IMG/VR virus record: IMGVR_UViG_3300028920_000076
Location: 1 to 61,141 of that record
Length of the DNA: 61,141 nucleotides
Direction: 5' to 3' (one strand)
Source of the DNA: a virus
Lineage: Duplodnaviria > Caudoviricetes
The translations under genes were made by a program, and so were the position numbers. A model generated the notes under the pieces. It saw only the letters and a program-made list of their open reading frames with translations, did no database searches and was not told the DNA's origin. Shown here piece after piece: positions 26,166 to 37,136 of this stretch. Within the stretch, counting starts at the first letter, position 1. Each line of letters begins with the position of its first letter.

Positions 26166-29100
26166 CGTACTGACGAAAACAATTCGAGTTATTATCAAGG
26201 CGATTGACCAGACCGGGGGAATAGTCAAGTCAGTTGCCGGTGGTCTTGGCAAACTCGGCGATCAGGCTAAGAAGACAGGTAAAGATCAGGACGGTCTCAG
26301 AAAAGGCACGGAGAAGGCCACTGATGCTGTCCGAAAGCAGGGAGCCCAAGTCAAGAAGGGAGCAGGTGCCTTACGTCTTTTCGGATCGTCTTCCCAGAAG
26401 GCCCGGAGAGAAGTCACTGCTATGGGTACTGCTGCCAAGTCTGCCGGTGCCGGTATCGGAAGTCTTATCTCCAAGTTTACCACTGCCGCTGCGACTATAG
26501 GCACTATTGCTTTCCCGATTGCCAAGGCTGCTCAGTTCGAGAGGGCCATGGCAACTGTCGGTGCTGTATCGGGTGCCACCGGAAAAGACCTTGATTCGTT
26601 GACCATGAAAGCACGGGAGATGGGCGAGAAGACTGAGTTCTCTGCCACCCAAGCTGCGGACGGTCTCCGATTCTTGGCGATGGCCGGTCTTAATGTAGAA
26701 CAACAACTCGCCGCTCTCGAACCCGCCCTGAACCTTGCCCTTGCCGGTAATATCGAACTTGGACAAGCTGCTGATATAGCCACCAACATCATGACAGGTT
26801 TCGGTGCTTCAGTTTCCGAACTTCCCGGCATGATGGACGTACTGACCCAAGCCTTCACGAACAGTAATACAAACCTCACCGAACTCGGCCATGCAATGGC
26901 CTACGTTGCCCCTGTCGCTGCCGGGATGGGTGTAGAGTTCAACGACCTTGTATCTGCAATGTCAGCCCTTGCCAATGCTGGCCTGAAGGGGTCGATTGCT
27001 GGAACGGCTCTCAGAGGTACACTTGTTAAGCTATTCAAGCCGACCGCCAAATCTGAGAAGGTCATGCAATCGCTTGCACAACGTATCGGACAGACCAACA
27101 TTGAACTGCGAAATGCGGAAGGTGGATTCATTGGGTTTGCCGGACTTATTGACCAGTTTGCAGCCGCCAACGTTTCGGCTGCTGAGGCCATGGAGATATT
27201 TGGTCTACGTGCTGGACCCGCTTTCATTGCCTTGTTGAACCAAGGGTCTGCGGAGATGCGGAGATTCAACAAGTTGATGGATGAAGCTGGAGGTAGAACC
27301 GCTGAGATTGCAAAGGTTATGGGGAATAACTTTGTCGGTGCTACGAAACAGCTCCTATCCTCGTTGCAGGAACTCGCCATTAACTTTGGGTCTGCTTTTC
27401 TTGGTGATCTGAAGGAAGCTACTCTGTCGATACGAGATTTGGTTATCAGTATCAACACGTGGGTCAGTGCGAACAAGACGCTTGTTAAAAATGTCGGATA
27501 TGCTGTCGCTGCACTCGGAGCACTCTCGGCTGCGGCTGGACTTCTGGCAGTTTTCAAGACTCTTGCCGTTGTTGCATTGGGTCCATTTACTAGTGCTCTC
27601 AATTTGATCAAAGCTAAGGGTCTTGTTGCCGTTGCTGCCCTCGCTACCATCGCTGCTACGTGGGGAGAACTAATTTATGAGATGGTGAAGTCCAACGGAG
27701 ATCTTGAGAAATCCGTTGAGAACTGGGACTTTGCCAAGTGGCTCAATAACCTGACGTTGCCTTTCATCGAATCAAAGAAAACCATTGGTGACTTCGCCAC
27801 CTATGCAATCGCCTTCTGGGATAAGTTTTTCTCGAAGATCGGATATGGGTGGGCGTTGATCCCTGTGGCTATGAAATCTGCGTTTTCTGATGGGTTGGAT
27901 CTCATAGCAAATTTTGCACAAAATATCCTTAATACCATGAAGGAAGTTCCCGGCCTCGGACAGTTGTTAGGATGGAGCGGGGATGTAGACAGAATCCAGC
28001 AGTCTATCGATGGTATTCGAGCTGCGGCACAACGGCTGAATACCGAAGCACAGAACGGATACCGTGCTGCGAACAAAGCTTATCAACAGCAAATCAAATA
28101 TGCCAATGATACCCAAGCCGGTATCGAGCGGACTGCTGCGGCCAGAGAACGGGAAGCACAGCTTATTGATTACATGGGAAGGCGAGAATCAGCGGTTGCC
28201 CAACTCCGTGCCAATGCTCAGTCTGAGATTCGGGAAGCAACAAAGAGTGTTCGGGAGGAGATCGAGAAACAAAACAGAGTCCTCAAGGGTCTCTATGAAC
28301 GTGTCGGACAGGCATCTGAGAGATACAAGATATTTGTCGATCAAGCAAAATCTGCGCTCGAATCGCTTGGAAAAGCTACGAATAAGGCGCTTTCGAGTAT
28401 CTGGGAAAACGTTACCAATGATCAGGCTGTGGCTGATGTCGAGAGACAACTTCAGCAAATCCAAAGGCAATACGAAACGTACTCGGACCAAGGTGCTGCT
28501 GCCATAAGACGAGCAGAGAGTTCTATCTCAAAGGCCAGAATTGAGGCAACCAGAAATGGTGTTGATGAGTCACTCGCCCTTATTGAAGCCCAGAGGACTC
28601 GTGAGATTGCACTGCTTAACGAGACCAAAGAGAAAGAGGTTGCGGTTGCCAAGGCTACGATAAGTGATGTTGCCACGCAGAGGAAGCGTCTGGAGCAGAT
28701 CGAAAAGGATAGTCAGAGAAATATCGTTGCTGTTAATGAGAAAACTCTGGCCCAGAAGAAAGCGTTGTACGAGAAGGCTACCACGGCACTCAAGTCCGAA
28801 TTGGATAAATCGCTATCTGCCGAGCGTTCCATTGCCGATGAGATTATCGCTGTTCAAGACAAGATCCGAAATTCTAAAAAGTCCACCGAGGAGCTTGTTC
28901 GTGGACTGAGAAGGCAGGGATTGTCAGAGGAGAGAGCGTATGCTGACGAAGTTGCGGAAGTAGATGAGAAGATCGCTGCTGCGACTAAGTTGATGGCGAC
29001 CGACACGAAGAAGTCTATCCAACTGTTGCAAGAAGCCCAGAGACAAGCCTCTGGACTTGTGGGTGAAATTTCCAGTGGCGAGAAGATACTCGTCTCTGAA

Positions 29101-32100
29101 CAGCAAACGATCAACGAAGCTATTTCACAAGTTGAGAGAGCCCAGAGTGCAATCGAAGCTGGAGCTGCCTCTTACCAACAGAGTCTACAAGGACAGCTTC
29201 AGGCTCAGAAGCAAAACACGGATGGTATTGTCAAACAGCTTGATGCGGTCGGCGGGAAGCTGCAAGATACTCGTGATCAAATGCAGCAAGGCATCGAGAT
29301 CAGTATCAGGATCGAGCTTGGAGATTTTGAAGCTCGGCTGGAAGATATTACCAGACAGAGAGAAATTGTTGTCGGTCTCGAAACCCAGTTTGCGGAAGGA
29401 AAGCAGGAACTAACCGCTCTGCAAAAAGATCTGGCAGATACCACTGAAGTCGTCAAGATTAAATACGATGCGGAGATTGCCGATGCTATCCGTGCGATGG
29501 ACGAAGTTGAACGTAAGAAGCTTGGAATCGCAGAGATCAGAGACGTTATTAAGATAGACGCTGATAACCAAGCTGCTGTCGTGGCCCTGAATGTTCTCTA
29601 TGAGGACGGGGAACGTGTACGGAAAAAGCTTGAACAGCCCATGCCGATTTCACTGGAGACCGCCAAGGCTATCCAAGCTGCGAATGATCTCGATGATACG
29701 ATCAGTCCGATTATGGATGAGCTTAGGAGACAAGAGAAGTTAGGAATAGACGTTTCCGAGGCTAAGGTTGCAGTTGTCGAGTTCGGGGATGATATAGATG
29801 GTCTCACCCAGAAGCTTTCGGAAATGGGAGTTATCCGAATTGAGGGTGCTACGGAATCGTTTGTTGCTGCCGCCGAATCCGCTGCCGACCTCGAAGAACG
29901 TGTCAACTCATTAATCAACGTGACTGACGAGCATATTGTCGTGGATGTTTCAGCAGCCGGACAGGACGATGTGCAAGCGATTGCAGGGCTAGTAAAGCAA
30001 CTGCAAGAGGACACCGAAAAAGAACTGGCTATCCAATTTGGTGAGATCGAAGGGTTTGAGCAGTTTAAAGAAGTACAGGAACGTGCCGATAAGTTGAAAA
30101 ATGCCGTTGCTGCTCTCAATGCGGAGACCCCAGACGTTGAGGTTGAGGGTGGAGAAGAACTTGAACAGGTTGCGGAGGACGCATCTACGGCAGCCGACGG
30201 GGTTGCTGAATTAGCGGCTGCATCTGGTGAATTGGAGGATGTGGGAGTTGATGTAACCGTCGAGGGGATTGACGAAGCTAAGGAAAAGTTTGATGGATTC
30301 GTCGAGGACGTAGCTACTTCTGAGGCAACTGTCACGGTAGACGTTGATGACTCCGGTGTCGATGAGACTACCCAGAAAGTTTTGGGACTTAACGAGCTGG
30401 AATCTCAGTCTGCACATATCGTGAATCCTGAAGCTGATAAGGTGCTTGGAGTAATTTCCCAGATTAGAAAACCGACTTCCTCAACGCATACAATTTACGT
30501 CAAGAAGGTTGTCCAGAGTGCTGTTGGAGGCTTTGTTGACGGGATATCAGAATATGCCAAGGGTGGCCCAGTTGCGAAGCGATTTAAAAAGCTCACCCGG
30601 CCTTATATTCCGGGAGACGGAACCGAAGATGACGTACCGGCAATGCTAATGAGAGGCGAGTATGTTGTTCGTAAGGATGCCGTTAAGAAATATGGTATCG
30701 GGTTGTTGAATAAGATAAACGGAATGAATATTGATGTAGTGCCGAAGTTTGCCAAGGGTGGACCTGTGGGTATGTCTGCTGCGTTGAATTTGATACCGAC
30801 GATGGCATCCGGTGCTGTGACAAGACTTCTCGGAAGTGGAGGAGTCAACTTTAATTCAGGAACCGCCCAGAGAATAAGTACTCCCATGGGTAAGAACATA
30901 GCCAACGGACTTGCCAACCTTTTTACCAGTAGTGTCCAGAAGTTGCAGGGAGGCGGTTTCCTATCCCGATCCCGTTCTCTATTCGAGCAACAAAAGCAAT
31001 CCATCACGAAGCAATATGCTGCCCAGATGCAACTCGCCCGACTGAACGGCGAGGAGCAGATTGCTTATCTGCTTGAAGTGGAGCAAGAGGAGCTTCAGAG
31101 GATGGCAGATGAGCTTGCTACCGCTTTGGTGCAGATCCAGAATGAATACGAAGCTGCGATTGCCGAGTCTGACCTTGCTTTCGATGAGGAAAGGACAGAT
31201 ATCGAACGTGAACTTTCCGAGCTTCAGACGGATATCGAAAACGACCGTGAAGAACTCACGACATCCCATAGTAAGGAAGTCAATGAATTGCAGAGTAGGA
31301 TCGGTGAGCTACGATCCGACATAAAGGGTAATACCTTAAAGTCTAAACAGACCACCTTCAGCCTTCCCGGTGCTGGACGGTACACTCTCAGGCGTAATCC
31401 AGCACAGCAAGCAGCATTTGATCAGATCCCGAAAGACAAAGCTGAGATCGAAAAGCTTGAAAGGCAGCTCACTACGTCAGAACGTGCATTTCAAAGGAAG
31501 GAAGAATTTTATCAAAATCAGCTTGCCAAAGTTAGGAAGGAAGGTACTGAGGATTTGGAATATATTGGCAAGGAAAAAGCCGTTGCGGATAAAGGTGCCG
31601 AGAGGGATCGTGACTTCGGGACTGAGAAGGCAGAGAGCACTACTCTCCATGCCCAGAACAAGTTGAGAATAGAGACTAAACACCAAGTAGCACAGGTTGG
31701 GTTTGATACCCAGAAATCAGTACTCGAATTTGAGGGAAATTTACGAAGCGAGCTTCTCGATATAGAACGTGCCATGCTGGAGGAGGAGAAGCAAGCGGCG
31801 GCTGAGAGGGCTGCTGCTGCGAAGACCGGAGGGCTCAAGTATTTTCTTGCCGCTGGCGGAGCCATACCTCGTAAGGAAAAATGGATTCCCGGTGATGGTG
31901 TTACGGATTCCGTACCTGCTATGTTGATGAGAGGGGAGTATGTTGTCAATAAAAATGCAGTTAAGAAATTCGGAGTCGGATTCTTTGACATGCTAAACGC
32001 CGGGGCTTTGAACTTCTCCAAGTTTGCTTCTGGTGGTCTTGTGGGTATGAAACGACAGCTCGATTTACTGTTTAACTCCAGAGCGCCTTATACCAACGGT

Positions 32101-33516
32101 GATGGGATGGTCATGAACCTTAATAATCCCACGTTTATCGGCTCCATTAGGGATAGGGTGTCTGGACTATCAGAGATGGGCCAAAGACGCTCTGCGGGGC
32201 TTCTGAGCGCCTTTAATGGAGGTGTTACGAGGTTACAAGAGGGAGGGGCTATCGATCAGGCCCAATTAGACCTCGCAAAAGAGAAAGAACTTGTAACCGC
32301 ACAATATCAAGCCCAGATCGAAGCTGCCCGAAACGTTGGCGCTGTGGATATCGCTGCCTTACTGGAGGAGGAGAGATATGAGTTAGAATTACTGGCAAAC
32401 GACCTCCAGTTTCTACTACAAGAGCTTCAATCCGAGTACGAATATGAACGAGCACTACTGGCTGAAGAACTGGAAGCCGAGAAACAAGAGGCTGAGGCAG
32501 CTCTACAGCAGGAACTTAGTGATATCCGAGCGGCCAGAGCACAGGCTGCGATTGACTATGAAAATGCAAAACAGGAAGCAAAACGACTGAAGGTTCAATC
32601 TGGATATGACGCTGCCCATGCTTACAGATTGCCTACCCGATATCCAAGACCCGCTAACAAATACGCTGCCCTGAGCGAATTTCTGTCTGGAGGATTGACC
32701 GAGACCGAGAGAAAAGTTAAAGATGTTGAGTTCAGGGACAAAAGGAATGAGGCCAGAACTGAGGCCCGAAACATGCGTCAGGAAGGGATTGCACTGGAGA
32801 GAAGTGCTGAACTGGAGTATAAACGAGCACAGCAAGAGGGAAAAAGAGGCAAGGAACGGGCCGAGAAGGATAAGGCTAAGAGTGAGAGAAACGCCCAGAG
32901 GCGCTACCAGATAGACCTAAGACGTACCGATCAGACCTTCCAACGTGAGACTTCAAAAGCTGAGAAGGAAGCTGAGACCGAAACCGTCTCCATACAAAAC
33001 AAGAGTGTTATAAATGTTGAGAAGGCAAAGGTCGAGACTCAGGGTGAGATTGCAAAGCTTGAAGCAGATCTTGCTCTGGAGTTGTTCAAACTGGAGAAGG
33101 AATATCGTGACCAGAACAAGGCTAACATTGGTGGAGTAAGACACTTCTTGCGAGAAGGTGGATCTGTCGGGTTTCCTGCCGGTGCGAAAAGAGGAGCTGA
33201 CTCCATAAAGGCCATGCTGACACCGGGAGAATTTGTTATGCGACCGGAAGCAGTTAAGACATTTGGCCTGAAATTTATGGATGCTGTGAACCGCCTGAAG
33301 ATGCCAGCTATAAGATTTGCGGAAGGTGGGCTCGTACCGGGTAATGGGAATTTGCAATCGCTTGCACCCGCTCAGGCCATAGGACGTGACCCAGAATACG
33401 CTGCTAAACTCGTGCTCGAACTTGGAGGTAAGGAATACCCGATGCGTACGAAGACGGACGTTGGACAAGATCTCGTTAAACAATTTAGAACTCTTGGATT
33501 GGCGGTGGCCCGATGA
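26158..33516 (+). CDS. tail tape measure protein (TP901-type core)
   Basis: AREMGEKTEFSATQAADGLRFLAMAG; 2452 aa, helical; C-terminal D(D/S)VPAML..GEYV motifs. Confidence 0.9.
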   Translation: MADVLTKTIRVIIKAIDQTGGIVKSVAGGLGKLGDQAKKTGKDQDGLRKGTEKATDAVRKQGAQVKKGAGALRLFGSSSQKARREVTAMGTAAKSAGAGIGSLISKFTTAAATIGTIAFPIAKAAQFERAMATVGAVSGATGKDLDSLTMKAREMGEKTEFSATQAADGLRFLAMAGLNVEQQLAALEPALNLALAGNIELGQAADIATNIMTGFGASVSELPGMMDVLTQAFTNSNTNLTELGHAMAYVAPVAAGMGVEFNDLVSAMSALANAGLKGSIAGTALRGTLVKLFKPTAKSEKVMQSLAQRIGQTNIELRNAEGGFIGFAGLIDQFAAANVSAAEAMEIFGLRAGPAFIALLNQGSAEMRRFNKLMDEAGGRTAEIAKVMGNNFVGATKQLLSSLQELAINFGSAFLGDLKEATLSIRDLVISINTWVSANKTLVKNVGYAVAALGALSAAAGLLAVFKTLAVVALGPFTSALNLIKAKGLVAVAALATIAATWGELIYEMVKSNGDLEKSVENWDFAKWLNNLTLPFIESKKTIGDFATYAIAFWDKFFSKIGYGWALIPVAMKSAFSDGLDLIANFAQNILNTMKEVPGLGQLLGWSGDVDRIQQSIDGIRAAAQRLNTEAQNGYRAANKAYQQQIKYANDTQAGIERTAAAREREAQLIDYMGRRESAVAQLRANAQSEIREATKSVREEIEKQNRVLKGLYERVGQASERYKIFVDQAKSALESLGKATNKALSSIWENVTNDQAVADVERQLQQIQRQYETYSDQGAAAIRRAESSISKARIEATRNGVDESLALIEAQRTREIALLNETKEKEVAVAKATISDVATQRKRLEQIEKDSQRNIVAVNEKTLAQKKALYEKATTALKSELDKSLSAERSIADEIIAVQDKIRNSKKSTEELVRGLRRQGLSEERAYADEVAEVDEKIAAATKLMATDTKKSIQLLQEAQRQASGLVGEISSGEKILVSEQQTINEAISQVERAQSAIEAGAASYQQSLQGQLQAQKQNTDGIVKQLDAVGGKLQDTRDQMQQGIEISIRIELGDFEARLEDITRQREIVVGLETQFAEGKQELTALQKDLADTTEVVKIKYDAEIADAIRAMDEVERKKLGIAEIRDVIKIDADNQAAVVALNVLYEDGERVRKKLEQPMPISLETAKAIQAANDLDDTISPIMDELRRQEKLGIDVSEAKVAVVEFGDDIDGLTQKLSEMGVIRIEGATESFVAAAESAADLEERVNSLINVTDEHIVVDVSAAGQDDVQAIAGLVKQLQEDTEKELAIQFGEIEGFEQFKEVQERADKLKNAVAALNAETPDVEVEGGEELEQVAEDASTAADGVAELAAASGELEDVGVDVTVEGIDEAKEKFDGFVEDVATSEATVTVDVDDSGVDETTQKVLGLNELESQSAHIVNPEADKVLGVISQIRKPTSSTHTIYVKKVVQSAVGGFVDGISEYAKGGPVAKRFKKLTRPYIPGDGTEDDVPAMLMRGEYVVRKDAVKKYGIGLLNKINGMNIDVVPKFAKGGPVGMSAALNLIPTMASGAVTRLLGSGGVNFNSGTAQRISTPMGKNIANGLANLFTSSVQKLQGGGFLSRSRSLFEQQKQSITKQYAAQMQLARLNGEEQIAYLLEVEQEELQRMADELATALVQIQNEYEAAIAESDLAFDEERTDIERELSELQTDIENDREELTTSHSKEVNELQSRIGELRSDIKGNTLKSKQTTFSLPGAGRYTLRRNPAQQAAFDQIPKDKAEIEKLERQLTTSERAFQRKEEFYQNQLAKVRKEGTEDLEYIGKEKAVADKGAERDRDFGTEKAESTTLHAQNKLRIETKHQVAQVGFDTQKSVLEFEGNLRSELLDIERAMLEEEKQAAAERAAAAKTGGLKYFLAAGGAIPRKEKWIPGDGVTDSVPAMLMRGEYVVNKNAVKKFGVGFFDMLNAGALNFSKFASGGLVGMKRQLDLLFNSRAPYTNGDGMVMNLNNPTFIGSIRDRVSGLSEMGQRRSAGLLSAFNGGVTRLQEGGAIDQAQLDLAKEKELVTAQYQAQIEAARNVGAVDIAALLEEERYELELLANDLQFLLQELQSEYEYERALLAEELEAEKQEAEAALQQELSDIRAARAQAAIDYENAKQEAKRLKVQSGYDAAHAYRLPTRYPRPANKYAALSEFLSGGLTETERKVKDVEFRDKRNEARTEARNMRQEGIALERSAELEYKRAQQEGKRGKERAEKDKAKSERNAQRRYQIDLRRTDQTFQRETSKAEKEAETETVSIQNKSVINVEKAKVETQGEIAKLEADLALELFKLEKEYRDQNKANIGGVRHFLREGGSVGFPAGAKRGADSIKAMLTPGEFVMRPEAVKTFGLKFMDAVNRLKMPAIRFAEGGLVPGNGNLQSLAPAQAIGRDPEYAAKLVLELGGKEYPMRTKTDVGQDLVKQFRTLGLAVAR
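27065..27078 (+). repeat. Dispersed 14-bp motif (TGCAATCGCTTGCA)
   Basis: Exact, in TMP (MQSLA). Confidence 0.9.
29972..29985 (-). repeat. Dispersed 14-bp motif, reverse orientation (TGCAAGCGATTGCA)
   Basis: Exact, in TMP (VQAIA). Confidence 0.9.
33353..33366 (+). repeat. Dispersed 14-bp motif (TGCAATCGCTTGCA)
   Basis: Exact, in TMP (LQSLA). Confidence 0.9.
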
Positions 33517-33899
33517 TTACATTGGATACATTAGAGCTGCCGGATGAGCTGAGATGGGACGATGAGTATGCGTGGTCCGATCTGCGAAGTGCTATCCGGT
33601 ATACTTTACAAGGTAAGATGATTACGGAGAACTCAGTTGTTCTTGCCAGTAAGGGAAGGCCCATAACTCTGGGATCAGACGATGCGTGGATTGTTAAGGC
33701 TGATCTGGAAACCTTGCGGATTTGGTCTCAGATCGTGAACCATCAAATGTCTTTGACTTTGAATGATGGCCGAATCTTTATTGTTGCCTTTCGACTATGG
33801 GACGCTCCGGCGATTGTTACGGAGAGTCTTGTTCCCACGGCTCACCCAGACGATGATACGTTGTATAAGATTAATGAACTGAAGCTGGCGGTAGTATAA
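33513..33899 (+). CDS. distal tail / tail-tip protein
   Basis: LPDELRWDDEYAWS...GRPITL; directly after TMP. Confidence 0.65.
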   Translation: MITLDTLELPDELRWDDEYAWSDLRSAIRYTLQGKMITENSVVLASKGRPITLGSDDAWIVKADLETLRIWSQIVNHQMSLTLNDGRIFIVAFRLWDAPAIVTESLVPTAHPDDDTLYKINELKLAVV

Positions 33900-34720
33900 T
33901 GGCTCAAGAAAAGTCAACAAATGTAAGTGTCCAATACGGTCATACCCAAGAGTGTTCCGGTGTTCTGTTTGAGCTGCCGGACTCTGAAGTACAAGCCGGG
34001 GATAACGTTGAGATGCGTCTCTGGGGAGGTACTATCGATCTTCTCTATCCTTATACGCTGTATAAAGGGACTGACACAATGGGTGCGGGTGAGATACTCG
34101 AAGCAATCGGACTTGAGCAAATTGAGCAAATCATTGACTTTCCTGAAAAGTTTAGTTTTCAGCTTGACTATCCGATTATCAGTATTGATGAAGTACTTGC
34201 CGTTACCGAAATATTCTATCAGGACGTGGATGGGGAGATCTATACGTGGGCCACGAAAGGTGAATTAATCACGAATAAGTTTTCACGGAACGGCTACTCG
34301 TGTATATTTGCTCTGGATAAGATAAATCTGTACGGCTCGATAAAAGCGATAATGACCCGCTCTCCGTGGTATAAAAGATGGTACTGGACTGTACCCGCTC
34401 AAGAACAAGGTCAACACTGGTTCTTTATTTGGAAGGGATCTGAGCTTACCAATAAGTTTTCAATAGAACTTCCAGACCTAATATCGCCTATAAAGTTGCC
34501 AAAGAACGTGACCCTGAAGATCGTCAACCGGCATACTGATGCTGGAATAGCCGGAGCGGAAGTAACTGTAGATGGTACACTCATGGGTACTACTGATGGT
34601 GATGGACGTATTTTCTTAGGTACTCTACTACAAGGCACCCACACGTTATTTTTACGAGCCGGGGGATTTATCGATTCGGACGAAGACGACTTGGCAAATG
34701 ATTCCTTTGAGGTCTATTAA
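33899..34720 (+). CDS. tail protein with C-terminal PEGA/carboxypeptidase-regulatory-like domain
   Basis: IAGAEVTVDG..MGTTDGDG.I.L..L..GTHTL. Confidence 0.6.
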   Translation: MAQEKSTNVSVQYGHTQECSGVLFELPDSEVQAGDNVEMRLWGGTIDLLYPYTLYKGTDTMGAGEILEAIGLEQIEQIIDFPEKFSFQLDYPIISIDEVLAVTEIFYQDVDGEIYTWATKGELITNKFSRNGYSCIFALDKINLYGSIKAIMTRSPWYKRWYWTVPAQEQGQHWFFIWKGSELTNKFSIELPDLISPIKLPKNVTLKIVNRHTDAGIAGAEVTVDGTLMGTTDGDGRIFLGTLLQGTHTLFLRAGGFIDSDEDDLANDSFEVY

Positions 34721-34722
34721 CA

Positions 34723-36102
34723 ATGGCTGAGAACGAAGTACAAGAAGACAGTTTCAGGATGCGGGTTCGAGAGGATAAGAGTATCTCGATGCATCAAGAG
34801 AACTTTCTCGGCTCAGGCCCGATCCGTGGAGGGATCACGTACCATGACGGCAAGGGTGAGACTACGCCGGGAGTTGATGGACCGACTACTCCAGAACTCG
34901 GCGGGTGTGTCCGAGGCACTCATCCATCTTTAGAGCCTTCTTTCTATGACCCAGATGCGCCTGATATATGCTATGAAGTCCTTATGACTGACAGTCTAAT
35001 GGGTGAATATGTCGGTGTTTTGATGGAAAGAAGGGATTACGCCACTACCGTTCATAATCTGCACTGGTGGTCAACTTACGTACAGTGTGCTTTAAGTCAG
35101 GAAAACAAGGTTGTCTTCTACGGTGACCCTTCTTCGCATACACGACTTAACGTTGCTGATTGGGCACCCATAGATAAGTTGATACTGAGTCGATACAGTA
35201 GACTTTTTCAGGTCCAGAGTCCTATAATCGGGGTAAAATTTGGTGGAGGGTATGAAGGGACCATTGCCTATCAGGAGTACTACGTTGGAGGCAAGCTCAA
35301 ATGGTTTATGGATGAGGTATTGCCGACTATCCCGACAAATGCCGTTGATGTATTTATTGGAAATAATGCGCTTGAGGTATACTATATTCCGTCATCTCAA
35401 GACCGGGTTGTTTGGTACAGGGATGAGTCTGTTTTTATTGGTTATGATGCCCAGTTAAGATCTCTTTACAATCTTGCCGGGAGTTGGCAAACTACAATGT
35501 TGCAGAGTGGATATAACTGGACTAAGGGGTGGGTAGGACGGGACGATGGCGGAGCTGCCCTTTGGTTTATCTCGTCTAATTATTATATCCAAAAGGTTGA
35601 GTGGTCCGGGGGAGGTTGGAATACCCCGGTATGGCCCTTTTATCTGAAAACTCGTTACAACTTCCCGACTCAGGCTAGAGTTAGCGGACCAGAAGCTTTC
35701 TCTGGCGGAAGGGCCGGTTGTGTTGGTTATAATTCTTCAAATTACTGGATAGGTGAAGGATACAAATGGTTTTACGGAAGAAACCAAATTAACCTTGCCT
35801 TCCCGCCCAGTTGGGTTACCGAGGGAGGGGACGGAAACGTTAAAGCATTTGGCTATGACGATGCTACGGTTGTCTTCAATGGTGTCGGAAAAGTTAGATC
35901 GACAGGTCACACATTCGCAGATTGTTCCGTCTACACTGACGGTTTCCAAGACAACCAAAGTCTCACTCCGACTTCAGATGTAGTTTTAAGGTGCCTTTAC
36001 GCTGGAAATCCGGGTGTGACAGGTGCTTACGGAGTTAGCAATACGACAAGTAAGATCAAGAAGTACGGACACTTTGCAACTGAAGACATACAGTTTTATT
36101 AA
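34723..36102 (+). CDS. putative tail/receptor-binding protein (aromatic- and Gly-rich)
   Basis: Synteny; W/Y/G-rich. Confidence 0.55.
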   Translation: MAENEVQEDSFRMRVREDKSISMHQENFLGSGPIRGGITYHDGKGETTPGVDGPTTPELGGCVRGTHPSLEPSFYDPDAPDICYEVLMTDSLMGEYVGVLMERRDYATTVHNLHWWSTYVQCALSQENKVVFYGDPSSHTRLNVADWAPIDKLILSRYSRLFQVQSPIIGVKFGGGYEGTIAYQEYYVGGKLKWFMDEVLPTIPTNAVDVFIGNNALEVYYIPSSQDRVVWYRDESVFIGYDAQLRSLYNLAGSWQTTMLQSGYNWTKGWVGRDDGGAALWFISSNYYIQKVEWSGGGWNTPVWPFYLKTRYNFPTQARVSGPEAFSGGRAGCVGYNSSNYWIGEGYKWFYGRNQINLAFPPSWVTEGGDGNVKAFGYDDATVVFNGVGKVRSTGHTFADCSVYTDGFQDNQSLTPTSDVVLRCLYAGNPGVTGAYGVSNTTSKIKKYGHFATEDIQFY

Positions 36103-36123
36103 AAAGCATAAGGAGGAAATGAA

Positions 36124-37107
36124 ATGTCAATCATCCCCGCAGAATTGAAATGGTATAAACCCCTCGTGGTGAATGACACCGATTCTAATGGTGGGCAGAT
36201 GAGTGCGAACCAGTCGATTTCGGGGATCAAGAATAATATCTTTCCCGATGTTTCGCAGGATGAGAGGGTTGCCGGGATTATTCGCCACCGGAAGTTGTTT
36301 GCCAAAGTTGCGAATGATGACGATGAAACGCTCTACAATGCTCGTATTCACCTCATCAGTATTACACCGGGCGAAGACTTTGTAACGTTCTTTGCCTGTG
36401 CTCCTGCCGATACCCAAGTTGATATCACTGGCTCGGAGAGGGAGTACGGAGCAGGAACGCTAAAGAATGATGTCAATGCCGGTGGCACTTCTGTCGTTGC
36501 GACTGTTGAGTCCTCATCCATGGCGGTCGTCTTTGTAGATACCGACAAGATATGGATTGGAGACGGTGTAAATTCAGAGTACCATGAGAATGTAACCGTT
36601 GCGAAAGTCGGAAACGACTATACGATCACGCTCGATGCTGGTGATACTCTGCTTAATAACTACGCTGCTGCCACGCCGACCTATGTAGCTTCTGTTTACG
36701 AGCCGTCAGATGTGGAGGCCTCAGTTGACAATGTTGTTAAAACGACTTCTGCTGGAACGGCTACTGACCCGCTGGACTGTGTAGCTGACAATATTGGAGC
36801 CATTGAGGATAGTATAACCATCACGTTTACGGATGATACGAATTTTACTGTATCGGGTGTCCGTGCCGGTTCCATGGGAAGTGGGAATATCAGCACGAAT
36901 CTTGAGCCGATAAACCCAGACTTTTCCAAACCGTATTTTGTCTTCAACGCTTCTAACTGGGGTGGGACATGGGCTGCTGGAGAAACGTTGACCTTTGACC
37001 TTCATCCGGCTTCCACGCCTGTATGGTTTAAACAACAGGCTTTGCCGGGAACCAACTCCTATAGCGGAGACAATTTTAGAGTACGTGTGGGTGGCGAATC
37101 CGCTTAA
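36124..37107 (+). CDS. tail-tip structural protein
   Basis: ELKWYK...NGGQMS...NNIFPDVSQDERVAG..RHRKLF. Confidence 0.65.
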   Translation: MSIIPAELKWYKPLVVNDTDSNGGQMSANQSISGIKNNIFPDVSQDERVAGIIRHRKLFAKVANDDDETLYNARIHLISITPGEDFVTFFACAPADTQVDITGSEREYGAGTLKNDVNAGGTSVVATVESSSMAVVFVDTDKIWIGDGVNSEYHENVTVAKVGNDYTITLDAGDTLLNNYAAATPTYVASVYEPSDVEASVDNVVKTTSAGTATDPLDCVADNIGAIEDSITITFTDDTNFTVSGVRAGSMGSGNISTNLEPINPDFSKPYFVFNASNWGGTWAAGETLTFDLHPASTPVWFKQQALPGTNSYSGDNFRVRVGGESA

Positions 37108-37121
37108 TGCAATCGCTTGCA
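37108..37121 (+). repeat. Dispersed 14-bp motif (TGCAATCGCTTGCA)
   Basis: Exact, immediately after TAA. Confidence 0.9.
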
Positions 37122-37136
37122 CGATAGGTATCGATA

